This document shows, in pieces, positions 46,608 to 58,744 of a stretch of DNA of 64,000 nt. Origin of the DNA: an uncultured delta proteobacterium (GTDB lineage Bacteria > Myxococcota_A > Polyangia > Haliangiales > Haliangiaceae); the NCBI GenBank assembly GCA_963848295.1, contig CAWKDB010000010.1, positions 1,728,001-1,792,000 on the forward strand. The letters are read 5' to 3'. Position numbers and translations under genes: made by a program. A model generated the notes under the pieces. The model worked only from the letters and a program-made list of their open reading frames with translations. It was not told where the DNA came from and made no database searches. The first letter of the stretch is position 1; every line of letters starts with the position of its first letter.

Positions 46608-46630
46608 CGCTTCCCATCCGCGAGATGGCT

Positions 46631-46666
46631 GGCCGGCCGGGCAATCCTGCTCGGCCGGTCTTTTTT
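46631..46666 (+). terminator. rho-independent terminator
   Basis: GGCCGGCCGGGCA-atcc-TGCTCGGCCGGTC followed by TTTTTT. Confidence 0.85.
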
Positions 46667-46759
46667 CTTGGCGGTGTTACTCAGATGTAGGGTGTCCGCG
46701 GGATCGCCACGACGACCGCGTCACGCTCGCGTCACACGGCGCCCGCATCGTCCGCGCGT

Positions 46760-48001
46760 ATGCGGACCCTTGCTCTGCTCGTCGCCTCGCTCGTCGCTTG
46801 CGGTCGGCCGGGAGCTGAACCTGGCGCACCCGATGCCCAGCTCGCCGACGATGCTGCGGGTCCCGACGCACCCGCCGCCGCCGCGGCGGTGGTGTGGGTC
46901 GAGTGGGGCGACCGCGCCGGCGTCATTCCCGAGGACTACGTGTTCGGAACGCCGATCGAGGCGACGCTGCCGGCCGATCCGTCGCTCGAGCTCACCGCGT
47001 TCGGGACCGCGACCGACCCGCTGGTCTACGTCGCGAGCTCGCTGACCGACGAGCTCGACTTCGGGGTCCTCGCGGGCGTGCACGCGCAGACCTGGCTCAG
47101 CGCGCAGCCCGGTCCCGGAGTGGCGGCGTTGTCGCCCGATGGTGCGGCGATGGCGGTCGCGCGCACGGCAGATGATGTCGAGCTCGTGCGCCACGGTGCG
47201 ATGACGTCACTGTCGCCGGGGATCGCAAACAGCGCCGCATCGGTCGCGACGCTCGCCTGGTCTCCGGACGGGCGCTACGTCGCGTTCGCCGGCGACTTCA
47301 GCTCGCCGGGCGTGAACGAGCTGCACGTCGTCGACACGACCGCGCCGGCGCCGAGCGCGGCGATGTCCCCGACCGGCGTTACCGGCTCGATCGCGTTCGG
47401 CTCGGACGAGGCGGTCTACGCCTGCGCGAGCGACGCACGGCTGTATCGCTTTCCCACCGCTACCATGACCGGGACCGAGGTCGCGCTCCCGGCGCGCGGC
47501 GACGGCTCGGCGCCCGACTGCCTCGGGCTCGCGAGTGATTCGAGCGGCGCGCACGTGCTCGTCGTCGCGGATACGCCGATCGCGACCGCCGGCGAGCTCT
47601 ACGCGATCGACGTCGCGACCGGTGCGGTGACGCGGCTGACGACCGGCTCGACCCCGGGGCGCGCACCGCGCGGTCCGTTCGTGTTCAGTCATGCGGATGA
47701 CCGCGTCGCGTTCGCCGCGAACTTCGATCGCGCTGACGTCAGCGCGCCCTACGTCGCCGAGCTGTCGGGCGGTGCGCATCGCGTGCTCGACCTCCAGCAA
47801 CCCACCGCGGGTGCCGCCGCGACCTCGTTCGCGTGGTCGCTCGACGATCGCACGATGTGGATGGTCGCGACGCCGGATCTCGCGGCGGTCCCGCCGATGC
47901 TGTACTGGGTCGACCCGGCGCGGACCGACAACGACGAGCCGTATCTGATCTTCGCGCCGGTGGAGGGCGTTCAGAGCATCGCCGTCGTCGCGTCGCCCTG
48001 A
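46760..48001 (+). CDS. TolB/WD40-like beta-propeller lipoprotein
   Basis: LVAC lipobox; LSPDG, WSPDGRYVAF, FSHADDRVAF, WSLDD blades. Confidence 0.75.
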   Translation: MRTLALLVASLVACGRPGAEPGAPDAQLADDAAGPDAPAAAAAVVWVEWGDRAGVIPEDYVFGTPIEATLPADPSLELTAFGTATDPLVYVASSLTDELDFGVLAGVHAQTWLSAQPGPGVAALSPDGAAMAVARTADDVELVRHGAMTSLSPGIANSAASVATLAWSPDGRYVAFAGDFSSPGVNELHVVDTTAPAPSAAMSPTGVTGSIAFGSDEAVYACASDARLYRFPTATMTGTEVALPARGDGSAPDCLGLASDSSGAHVLVVADTPIATAGELYAIDVATGAVTRLTTGSTPGRAPRGPFVFSHADDRVAFAANFDRADVSAPYVAELSGGAHRVLDLQQPTAGAAATSFAWSLDDRTMWMVATPDLAAVPPMLYWVDPARTDNDEPYLIFAPVEGVQSIAVVASP

Positions 48002-48015
48002 CGCGTGCGAGTAGC

Positions 48016-48900
48016 TCAATACATCGAACGCTCGGGCTCGGGCGCGCCGCTCTGCCGCTCGATCTCGGCGTTGACGAACCCGCCGATCACGAGCGCGATC
48101 GTCGACAAATAGAACCACAGCACGATCACGATCACGCTACCGAACGCGCCGTAGAACAGCTCGTAGTTCGACACGCGCTCGACCCAGAGCGACAGGCCGC
48201 CGGACACCACGACGAGCAACAGCGTCGCGATCGCGGCACCCGGCCACACGTGGCGTTGGCCGAGCGGGCGCGGCGACGGGCCGAAGCGATACAGCCCTAA
48301 CAACGCGGCGAACACGATCGCGAGCAGGATCGGCCAGCGCAGGATCGTCACGAGGTGATAGCCGTGGAGATCGAAGGCGCCGACGACCAGCGGCAAGACT
48401 ACTACGGCGCTGAGCAAGGTCACGACGCCGATCAGCGTCGCGAACGCCATGGCGAGCGCGAGCCCTTGCCGCCACAGCCAGCCGCGTTGTTCGCGCACGC
48501 GATACGCGCGGTTGAGGGCGGCGATCAACGCCTGGGCCGAGCCGCGCGCCGAGATCACCGCGAGCACGACGCTCGTCGCGATCTGGAAGCCGACCTCGTC
48601 CGACGAGCGCTTCGCTTGCAGCGTCAGCTGGTCGCCGAGGAAGCCGACGACATCGCTCGGCAAGACGCCGCCGAGCGACCGAAGGTGCGCGTGGATCTGG
48701 TCCGGGTCCGCGACCAGGCCGTAGATCGCGACGACCGCGGCGATCGTCGGCACCGCCGCGACGATCGCGAACAACGCCGTCCCGGCGGCGAGCGTCGGCA
48801 TCTCGCCGAGCAACGCGCCGTGGGCGGCGCGCAACCAGCGGGCCGGAATCGCCTCGCTCGTCGCGAGCCAGTCGCGGACGCGCTGGTACAGCCTCCTCAC
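48016..48900 (-). CDS. YihY/BrkB family membrane protein
   Basis: ALNRAY, LYRFGP, VWPGA, YGAFGSVIVIVLWFYL, NAE. Confidence 0.92.
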   Translation of the reverse strand: MRRLYQRVRDWLATSEAIPARWLRAAHGALLGEMPTLAAGTALFAIVAAVPTIAAVVAIYGLVADPDQIHAHLRSLGGVLPSDVVGFLGDQLTLQAKRSSDEVGFQIATSVVLAVISARGSAQALIAALNRAYRVREQRGWLWRQGLALAMAFATLIGVVTLLSAVVVLPLVVGAFDLHGYHLVTILRWPILLAIVFAALLGLYRFGPSPRPLGQRHVWPGAAIATLLLVVVSGGLSLWVERVSNYELFYGAFGSVIVIVLWFYLSTIALVIGGFVNAEIERQSGAPEPERSMY

Positions 48901-48922
48901 CCGGCCAGCGTACACTGCGGGC

Positions 48923-49694
48923 GTGATCGACAGCCACTGCCACCTCGACGTCGTCGCGTTCGACCGCGATCGCGATGACGTGCTCGCTCGCGCCGAGGCC
49001 GCCGGCGTGCACTCGATCGTGGTGCCCGCGATCCGACCGCAGACGTGGCCGGCGGTGATCGCGCTCGCTCGCGCCCACCGCGCGCTCCGCTTCGCGCTCG
49101 GCGTGCATCCGCAGATCGTGCCGGAGCTCTCGCCGGCCGAGCAGCTGGATGTCGATGCGTTCGCTCGCGCGATCGATGACAGCGGCGCGCTCGCGGTCGG
49201 CGAATGTGGGCTCGATGGCGACACCGCGGATCCGGCCGCGCAAGAACAACTGTTTCGCATCCAGATTCGCGCCGCGCGCGCGACGAAGCGCCCGCTCGTC
49301 ATCCACGTGTTTCACGCGCACGACCGCGCACCCGCGATCCTGCGTGACGAGCGCGCCGGCGACGTCGGAGGCGTGTTGCATAGCTACTCGGGCGGCGCCG
49401 CGCTCGTGCCGGTCTATCGCGATCTCGGGCTCGCATTCTCGTTCGCCGGCCCGGTGACCTACGCGAACGCGCGCCGCCCGCTCGAAGCCGTTCGGGCGGT
49501 GCCGGCGGGGTTGTTGCTCGCCGGAAACCGACGCACCGGATCAGGCGCCCGAGCCACACCGCGGCGGCCGCAGCGAGCCCGCGTACCTGCCCGCCGTGAT
49601 CGCCGCGATCGCGAGCGCGCGCGGCGAGCCGGTCGAGGCGATCGCAAAGCTCACCGCCGAAAACGCGCGGCGCGTGCTAGGTATGGGCGCGTGA
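48923..49694 (+). CDS. tatD: TatD-family nuclease; +1 frameshift near 49523
   Basis: DSHCHL, GVHP, VGECGLD, VIH, VLHSYSG; ETDAP restored by removing one G. Confidence 0.88.
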
Positions 49695-50540
49695 CCACTC
49701 ATCGCCGCTTCGACCGCACCGCTCGCCTGGTCGGCGACGAAGGCCTCGCCCGGCTCGCGCGCTCGACCGCGACGGTGTTCGGCCTGGGCGGTGTCGGTGG
49801 GTTCGCCGCCGAGGCGCTCGTCCGTAGCGGCGTCGGCAGGGTGATCGTCGTCGACTACGATCGGATCTGCGTCACGAACGTCAACCGCCAGCTCCACGCG
49901 ATGAAGGCGACGCTCGGCAAGTCGAAGGTCGACGTGATGGCGGAGCGCCTGCGCGCGATCAACCCCGACGCGGTGATCGACGCGCGCGGCGAGTTCTATC
50001 GCGCCGAGACGTCCGCGAAGCTGCTCGTGCCCGAGCCCGATGTCGTGATCGATGCGATCGACAACATGGCGGCGAAGATGCACCTGATCGCGACGTGCGT
50101 GCGCGAGAAGATCCGCATCGTGTCCGCGATGGGTGCTGCCGCTCGGCTCGATCCGACCGCAGGTCCGGATCGGCGACTTGTCGGAGACCCGCGTCGATCC
50201 GTTCGCGCGCGACCTACGGCGGAATATGAAGAAGAAGCACGGCATCGATTCGACCCGGCACGTCGGCGCGTGGGCGGTGTTCTCCGAGGAGACGCCGATC
50301 GCCCCGCACGACCTCGCCTATGATCGCGGGGCGTTTCGCTGCGTGTGCCCGGGTGGCAAGAACGGCGAGAACGACTGCGAGCACAAGCATCGCGTCGAGG
50401 GCTCGGCGGCGTTCGTACCCGCGATGTTCGGTGCCGCCGCGGCCTCGGTCGCGATCAAGCTGCTGCTCGATCTCCCCTTGCCGGTCGCGCGCGAACCGCG
50501 AGTGACCCAGCGCCCGTGTCGGCCCGAGCTGCGCTCGTAG
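49691..50540 (+). CDS. tcdA: tRNA threonylcarbamoyladenosine dehydratase (ThiF family); +1 frameshift near 50158
   Basis: GLGGVGG, TNVNRQLHA, DAID, SAMGAA.RLDPT; continues QVRIGDL..T..DPFAR, VFSEE, GSAAFVP. Confidence 0.85.
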
Positions 50541-51127
50541 GTGTCGTCGCGCTCGCGGCGTGTCACGACGCGGCTCCGCCCGCCGTCCACGACGGCGCCG
50601 ACCTCGTCCGCGAGCTCCGGCGCGGCGAGCTCACCGACTGGCTCGCACCCTCGCCAGTGTGGCAGCGCACGATCATGCCGCCGTTCATCCGGCTGTACGC
50701 CGACTACGCCGAGACGTTTCGCGAACGCATGCCGCGGATCGCCGAGCGGATCGGCCACGGCGAGCTCGTCGCGCGCCGTCACTTCGCCGGCGATCCCCAC
50801 CTCGACGGCGACGAAGCGCGCACCCGGTTCATGTTGCCGGTGGAGTTCCCGAGCTACGTCGTCGCGCTCGACGGTCGCGACCTCGGCGCGGTGTTCTTCC
50901 ACGACGGCGAGCGCTGGCGGGCGCTGATCGGGCTCGGCGACCGTGTCGTCGACCGGGCCCGCGTGCTCGACCCGGTGTGCGCCGCCATGCTCGCGAACGC
51001 CGGACCGCGCGGACCGTGCACCGACATGAGCTACGAGGTCGCCGCCGCGACGATGCGTGGCGATCGGTCGCGATTCGATCACGCGTGCAAGCTCGCCGCG
51101 ATGGTTTGTGGTAACGCATCGCCATGA
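50516..51127 (+). CDS. hypothetical lipoprotein
   Basis: LAAC lipobox; ATGA overlap with the next gene. Confidence 0.6.
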   Translation: MSARAALVGVVALAACHDAAPPAVHDGADLVRELRRGELTDWLAPSPVWQRTIMPPFIRLYADYAETFRERMPRIAERIGHGELVARRHFAGDPHLDGDEARTRFMLPVEFPSYVVALDGRDLGAVFFHDGERWRALIGLGDRVVDRARVLDPVCAAMLANAGPRGPCTDMSYEVAAATMRGDRSRFDHACKLAAMVCGNASP

Positions 51128-51609
51128 TCGCAGTTGGCAACAAGATCCCGTCCGTCACCATCAAGCAAGCGACCCCGGAAGGTGGCGCCGATGTCGACCC
51201 CGCCGCGCTGTTCGCCGGCAAGAAGGTCATCATGTTCTCGTTGCCCGGCGCGTTCACGCCGACGTGCTCGAGCAAGCACTTGCCCGGCTACGTCAAGGAG
51301 CTGTCACAGCTCAAGGCGAAGGGCATCGACCTCGTCGCGTGCCTGTCGATCAACGACGCGTGGGTGATGAAGGCGTGGGCCGAGGCGCACGGCGCGCTCG
51401 GTAAGATCGTCATGCTCGCCGACGGCAGCGGCGCGTTCACGAAGGCGCTCGGCATCGAGGTCGACCTGACCAAGGCGTGCATGGGCATTCGCTCGGCGCG
51501 CGGCGTGTTCGTCATCGAGGACGGCACGGTCAAGTCGGTCGACATGGAGGCGCCCGGCAAGTTCGAGGTCTCCGGCGCCGACGCGTGCCTCCTCAAGCTC
51601 GGCGCCTAG
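51124..51609 (+). CDS. peroxiredoxin (Prx5/Redoxin family)
   Basis: PGAFTPTCS..HLPGY, NDAWVM.AW. Confidence 0.93.
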   Translation: MIAVGNKIPSVTIKQATPEGGADVDPAALFAGKKVIMFSLPGAFTPTCSSKHLPGYVKELSQLKAKGIDLVACLSINDAWVMKAWAEAHGALGKIVMLADGSGAFTKALGIEVDLTKACMGIRSARGVFVIEDGTVKSVDMEAPGKFEVSGADACLLKLGA

Positions 51610-52943
51610 TGTTCCACCGGCTGTTCATCGCGAACCGCGGCGAGGTCGCGGTCCGCGTCGCGCGCGCGTGCGACGCGATGGGCATCACGCCGGTGTTCGC
51701 GGCGAGCGAAGCCGATCGCGACGCGGCGTACCTGCGCGGCCGCGAGGTGGTCGTGCTCGGGCCGGGTCGCGCAGCACAGTCGTACCTCGATGTCGAGCGC
51801 GTCGTCCAAGCCGCGGTGCAAGCGCGCTGTTCGGCCCTACATCCCGGTTGGGGCTTCCTGTCGGAGAACCCGCTGCTCGCGACGCTGTGCGCGCAACACG
51901 GCGTGACGTTCATCGGGCCGCCACCACAAGTGACGTCGTTGATGGCGAGCAAGACCCGGGCGAAAGCGGCGATGCGCGCCGCCGGGCTCGACGTGATTCC
52001 GGGCAGCGCAGGCGTGCTCGGTTCGGCCGAAGCCGCGCGGCGAATCGCGAGCGAAGTCGGCTTTCCCGTGCTGTTCAAAGCCGAGAACGGCGGCGGCGGT
52101 CGCGGCATGCGAGTCGCGCGCTCCGCGAGCGAGGTCGACGGCGCGTATCGCGAGGCGCAGGCCGAGGCTCGCGCGGCGTTCGGCGGCGATCGCGTCTATG
52201 TCGAGAAGCTGATCGAGGGCGGGCGCCACGTCGAGATCCAGGTGTTCGGCGATCGCTACGGCCACGCGGTCCACTTCGGCGAGCGCGACTGTACGGTGCA
52301 GCGCAACCATCAGAAGCTGATCGAGGAGAGCCCCTCGCCCGCGCTATCGCGCGAGCAGCGCGCGCACGTGTGCGACGCCGCCGCGCGCGCCGCCGCGAAG
52401 ATCGGCTATGTCGGCGCGGGCACGATGGAGATGCTGCTCGGGCCCGACGGCGTGCTCCGGTTCATGGAGATGAACTGCCGGCTCCAGGTCGAGCACACGG
52501 TCAGCGAGCAACGCAGCGGCACGGATCTCGTGCGCGCGCAGCTCGAGATCGCCGCGGGCCGCACGCTGCCGTGGGCGCAGAGCGATCTCGCGTTCACCGG
52601 CCACGCGATCGAGTGCCGGATCAACGCGGAGGATCCGGCGCATGACTTCGCCCCGGCGCCCGGCACGATCACCGCGTGGCAGCCGCCGACCGGGGATGGT
52701 ATCCGCGTCGACACCCACGTCACCGCCGGCTACGTCGTGCCGCCGTTCTACGATTCGCTGATCGCGAAGGTCGTCGCGCTCGCCGCGACGCGCGAGGCTG
52801 CGATCACGAAGCTGATCGCCGCGCTCGAAGCGTTTCGCATCGAGGGCGTGCCGACCACGATCCCGATGCACCTGAAGATCCTGCGCAGTGAAGCGTTCCG
52901 TACCGGTCACTACGACACGGGCGCGATCCCGGGCTGGCCGTAG
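51609..52943 (+). CDS. accC: biotin carboxylase subunit
   Basis: IANRGE, HPGWGFLSEN, GGGGRGM, QRNHQKLIEE, EMNCRLQVEH, ECRINAED, PPFYDS. Confidence 0.92.
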   Translation: MFHRLFIANRGEVAVRVARACDAMGITPVFAASEADRDAAYLRGREVVVLGPGRAAQSYLDVERVVQAAVQARCSALHPGWGFLSENPLLATLCAQHGVTFIGPPPQVTSLMASKTRAKAAMRAAGLDVIPGSAGVLGSAEAARRIASEVGFPVLFKAENGGGGRGMRVARSASEVDGAYREAQAEARAAFGGDRVYVEKLIEGGRHVEIQVFGDRYGHAVHFGERDCTVQRNHQKLIEESPSPALSREQRAHVCDAAARAAAKIGYVGAGTMEMLLGPDGVLRFMEMNCRLQVEHTVSEQRSGTDLVRAQLEIAAGRTLPWAQSDLAFTGHAIECRINAEDPAHDFAPAPGTITAWQPPTGDGIRVDTHVTAGYVVPPFYDSLIAKVVALAATREAAITKLIAALEAFRIEGVPTTIPMHLKILRSEAFRTGHYDTGAIPGWP

Positions 52944-52983
52944 CGCCCAGGTTGACGATAGCGACAGCGTCCCAGCTACGCCG

Positions 52984-53307
52984 TCAGTAGACCACGCTGA
53001 CCATCGGGATAACCTCGTAGCGAAACCCGCGGCCCGACGCGATCGTCGGGTCGCCGGCGCGGAACGCCGCCAGCTCGGCCTCGTCTTTCGCCTTGACGAT
53101 GCCGAGGCCCCACACACCGCTAGGGTCGGCGACCGGCCCGAATGCGACGACCTGGCCCTCGGCGAGCTTCGCCCGCCAGTACGCGACGTGGGCGTTCATG
53201 ATGTCGCGCTCGTCCGCGGTCATGTCGGTCATGAACGACGGGCGCGGCGGGTAGAGCTTGCACAAGAACGTACGGTGCTCCGGCGCGACATTGCCAGCGG
53301 TGCTCAT
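52984..53307 (-). CDS. YciI-family protein
   Basis: PPRPSF...H..YW...FGPVADP.G.WG...DP. Confidence 0.8.
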   Translation of the reverse strand: MSTAGNVAPEHRTFLCKLYPPRPSFMTDMTADERDIMNAHVAYWRAKLAEGQVVAFGPVADPSGVWGLGIVKAKDEAELAAFRAGDPTIASGRGFRYEVIPMVSVVY

Positions 53308-53431
53308 CGCTCGAAGATACCAGCTCGTCCGGTTACCATCGCGGCGTGTGCGCGTTGATCGATACCGCGAACGACGTAGCCCGATCCGTTCGTACACGCA
53401 TAGACGCCGACGATGAGTTAGCGTCGCGGCA

Positions 53432-54937
53432 ATGAAGCGCGCCCCGAATCGCTGGTCGTTGGTCGCGGTCGTTGTCACCATCGCCGCGTGTGGTTCGCAC
53501 GCGCAGCGAACCGGCTCGAGCGCTACTTCCGGATCGGCTGCTGGTCGCGACCTACCGGTGGTCGAGCTCGCGGTCTGGCCGGAACAGTGGCCACGGGTGA
53601 TCAAAGCCGTACCGGCGGTCGCGGAGGCACTCCGCGGTGGTCCGGACGCGACTTCGGTGTGGTCGATCGCGAGCCTCGCGCTCGGCGAGCTCGGGTTCGA
53701 GGACGTCCAATTGCCGCCGCCGGGCCTCGATTCGCGGTCGCCGATCACGCTCGCGATCTACCGCGCACACTCCGGCTTCGAGACGATCGCGCTCGGAGCG
53801 GCGCGCGGCACGTTCACGCCGACCGCCGACACGGCGGTGCGCCTGCGGATCACGCTGCCCGCGAAGGACGCCACGGTCCTCGGTGCGGCGGTCGACGCCG
53901 TGCTCGCCAAGCACTCCGCTACGAACGTCGCCGTCGTACGCGGCGCGGATGCGATCGCGATCGATGTGTACGCCCCGGGCAGCGTACCCGCCGCGCACGC
54001 GGGACCACCGGCGATCCGCAGCGTGCCGTTCGATCCAGGAACGCCGAGCGCTGCTCGCTTCATCTTGCGCGCCGACGGGATCGCCGAGGCCGGCGCCAGC
54101 TACGCGATGGGACGGGTCGCCGAGGCGTTCGCGAGCATGAACCCGTCCGAGCCGGATCTCCTCGCCGAAGGGCTGGCCGAGACCCTCACCGGGTTTGTCC
54201 TCGCGGATCCGGCGACTTCGATGGCCGAGGCTCTGGTCGTCGACGTGCCCACGAGCGACGACCCGCCTCGCGTCGCGTTCGCCGCATCGAAAACGGGCGT
54301 CGCGGCCTTGGCCGCAGCGGGGCTCAAGCCGGGATCGACGACCCCGATCGACCACGTCGACTGGAACAAGGCTGCGGCAGCGGTCGAGGTGAACGGGCTG
54401 ATGCGCGCCGAGCCCACCTCGGACAAGGACGCGACTCGCCGAGTCGCCACGCTGTTCGCCGAATGCGGCTCGTACTGCTTTGCGTACATCGCGCTCGGCA
54501 ACGCCTTGCAGCTCGGCAAGGCCATGCAGGACTCGGTGTTAGAGCAGGCGCGCTCACTCGCCGGCGGCGGCGACGGCGTGCAGTTGCGATGGGGCGACGG
54601 CGACATGATCTCGCTCGCGCGCGGCGAGGCCAAGGATCTCGCGCGCCCGCCGCTCGCGACCCCGAGCGCGCACGACACTTGCCTGCGCACCGCGCTGATC
54701 GGCGTGCGCTCCGGGTTGCAACTCGCGTCCGAGAAGCCCGCCGCGCTCGAAGCGGCGATCCGATCGCTGGACGAAGCGACGAGTTGCGCGACCGGCGACG
54801 CCGCGTTCACGGCGCGCCAAACCGCGCTGCACGATGCGCTCGTCGCGCTGCGAACGAAGATGGCGGCGACCCCGAAGCGCGGCGATCGGCCGTCCGCTCG
54901 CGACGAAGATCCGCCGCCGCCTCGAGACACGCCCTGA
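53432..54937 (+). CDS. hypothetical lipoprotein
   Basis: IAAC lipobox; long open frame with natural composition. Confidence 0.7.
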   Translation: MKRAPNRWSLVAVVVTIAACGSHAQRTGSSATSGSAAGRDLPVVELAVWPEQWPRVIKAVPAVAEALRGGPDATSVWSIASLALGELGFEDVQLPPPGLDSRSPITLAIYRAHSGFETIALGAARGTFTPTADTAVRLRITLPAKDATVLGAAVDAVLAKHSATNVAVVRGADAIAIDVYAPGSVPAAHAGPPAIRSVPFDPGTPSAARFILRADGIAEAGASYAMGRVAEAFASMNPSEPDLLAEGLAETLTGFVLADPATSMAEALVVDVPTSDDPPRVAFAASKTGVAALAAAGLKPGSTTPIDHVDWNKAAAAVEVNGLMRAEPTSDKDATRRVATLFAECGSYCFAYIALGNALQLGKAMQDSVLEQARSLAGGGDGVQLRWGDGDMISLARGEAKDLARPPLATPSAHDTCLRTALIGVRSGLQLASEKPAALEAAIRSLDEATSCATGDAAFTARQTALHDALVALRTKMAATPKRGDRPSARDEDPPPPRDTP

Positions 54938-54991
54938 AGGCTCGGAGTGGACGCTCTCGATCCGTTCGTCGCGTGATAGGTTCGCGCGCGC

Positions 54992-56718
<1,727 letters not shown>

Positions 56719-56722
<4 letters not shown>

Positions 56723-57330
56723 TCGCGTTATCGCGAATCGCGCCCGGCGATCACGTCGAGCTGTGCGCGCCGGAGCCGGGCCTGTTTCGCGCCGCGGTCG
56801 CGATCGGCGATGTCGTCCGGCCCGGGCTCGCGCTCGGCGTGCTCGAAATCCTCGGCCGCGCGGTCGAGCTCGTCGCTCCAGACACCGCGCACGGCGCGAT
56901 CGTCGCGCTCGCCGATCCGAGCTCGGCGCGCCCCGCCGTCGGTTACGGCGATCTGCTCGTGCGCGTCGATCCAACCGCGCTGCCATTCGGCGGCGCTGAT
57001 GGCCGGGCGCGAGTCCCGGCCATCGGGCCGCACGGGCTCGGCGAGACGACCGGGCCGGACGTCTCGACCGCGCCGACCGATGCCGCTGGCGGTCCGGTGT
57101 TTCGCGCACCGACCTCCGGGCGCTACTACGCGCGGCCCTCGCCCGACAAACCGGCGTTCGTCGAGGTCGGCGCGCAGCTCAGTGCGGGCGCGACCGTGTG
57201 CTTGCTCGAGATCATGAAGACGTTCCACCGCGTCACGTACAGCGGCGCGCCTGCTCGCGTGCGCGCGCTGCTCGTCGCCGAGGGCGCCGATGTCAACGCC
57301 GGCGATCCGCTGCTCGCGCTCGAACCCTAG
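56719..57330 (+). CDS. biotin carboxyl carrier protein with two biotinyl-like domains
   Basis: C-terminal domain LLEIMKTF; N-terminal domain VLEILGR lacks the Lys. Confidence 0.82.
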
Positions 57331-58055
57331 AGCGGGGCCGGCGCGAACGCCGCCGCGCTGATCGACCACGCGCCGCCGCCCGACACTCTCCACGTCGCAG
57401 CGTAGCTGCCGGGCTGGGCGGCGATATCGAAGGCGGCGGCATCGCCGTACTGCTGCTCGAGCCCGGTGAACGAGCCCGCGTTCAGCGAATCGAACGCCGC
57501 GCCACCGGCACCGACATCGATCACGATCGTGCTCGCGATCGTCGTCGTGAGCGCCGCCGCGGTCGCGGTCGAGAGCGAGGTCGAGGCGCTGCTGCCCATC
57601 GCCGCGGCGACCGGCGCATCGGGATCGATGTGCGCGAGCTCGAGCACCCACACGACCGTGTTGTTCGCGCTCGGCATGGTCACCGTGATTACCGTCGCCG
57701 CGCCCTGCCCCGGCTTCGCGTACCAGATCTCGGCAGAGTCGTTATTCGCGTCGCCCTGGACCACCGCGTGCGTGTAGGTGTTGCCCGCGTCGTCGCTCAC
57801 CGACATCACGCCGAAGTACCCGGACACCGCGACCGCGATCACGTCGCTCGCGTCGGTCGCCGCGACCGGTACGGTCACCGTCGGAGCGACCCCGAACCCG
57901 ACCGCGAACTGCGCCACGCTCGGCGTCGCGTACTGCACCGGGGCGACGTCGCTCCCCACGATCGCGCCATCGATGCCTGCCGCCGCGAGATCGCCGAACC
58001 CGACCCGCCCGCACGCCGCGGCGGTCACGAGCGCGAGCACGCAGACGCGATGCAC
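57327..58055 (-). CDS. lipoprotein with CGRVGF N-terminal motif, beta-rich
   Basis: AAAC-GRVGF lipobox; VSDDAGNTY motif. Confidence 0.7.
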   Translation of the reverse strand: MHRVCVLALVTAAACGRVGFGDLAAAGIDGAIVGSDVAPVQYATPSVAQFAVGFGVAPTVTVPVAATDASDVIAVAVSGYFGVMSVSDDAGNTYTHAVVQGDANNDSAEIWYAKPGQGAATVITVTMPSANNTVVWVLELAHIDPDAPVAAAMGSSASTSLSTATAAALTTTIASTIVIDVGAGGAAFDSLNAGSFTGLEQQYGDAAAFDIAAQPGSYAATWRVSGGGAWSISAAAFAPAPL

Positions 58056-58077
58056 GCACCATCGTACCGCGTCGCCG

Positions 58078-58704
58078 TCACATCCGGATGCCCAGGCCGA
58101 GCGCAGCCTCGAAGCCGTAAGGCGGCGCAGAGGCGAGATCGACGCCGATCTCCAGTTGCCAGCGCTGAACCTGGACGAACGGCACGGCGAACTGCGTCTG
58201 CCAGAACAGCTGATGCGCCCGAAGCGTGCCGTCACTGCTGACTTCGCACTGCATCGGAGCGACCACGTCGCGATCGCGTTCCCGTTGGACGACCTCGCCG
58301 ACTGCGAAGCTCATGCGGAACCAGCGACTCGGCCAGTAATGCATGCGAGCTCCTACGTAGAGGTCGTCGACTCGTGCGCTGTAGTCCGGCGTGGCCGCTG
58401 GATAGTCGACACGGATGCGAGGATCGTAGTACCTCGACCATCGCCCGAAGGCGACGACGCCGAGTTGGCCGAACCGCGCGCCGAGCTCCGCATCGACGAA
58501 GCCCCCGGTACCGGTGGGCGCGTCGTACTGCGCCAAGACCGATTCTTCAGTTGCGGTTTGGACCCCAGCTGCGACCGCGGCGGTCACTCGCGGTTGCCAT
58601 CCGGGATCCGGCTCCGCAGTGGCGAGCTTCGACACCGGCTCTGCGGCCACGACACGCGCGAGCGCGAGTAGTAACAGACCCGTTACCGCGATCCAGTCAA
58701 GCAT
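58078..58704 (-). CDS. hypothetical secreted protein, possible small beta-barrel
   Basis: Signal peptide; alternating hydrophobic strands. Confidence 0.55.
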   Translation of the reverse strand: MLDWIAVTGLLLLALARVVAAEPVSKLATAEPDPGWQPRVTAAVAAGVQTATEESVLAQYDAPTGTGGFVDAELGARFGQLGVVAFGRWSRYYDPRIRVDYPAATPDYSARVDDLYVGARMHYWPSRWFRMSFAVGEVVQRERDRDVVAPMQCEVSSDGTLRAHQLFWQTQFAVPFVQVQRWQLEIGVDLASAPPYGFEAALGLGIRM

Positions 58705-58744
58705 CGCGCGCAATGCGTTGCAGCGGTCATGCCGCCGACGCGTG

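Noticed and set aside
48923..50323. 466-aa TatD-TcdA fusion ORF
   Set aside because: Produced by the +1 frameshift near 49523; corrected tatD ends at 49694 with a GTGA overlap to tcdA
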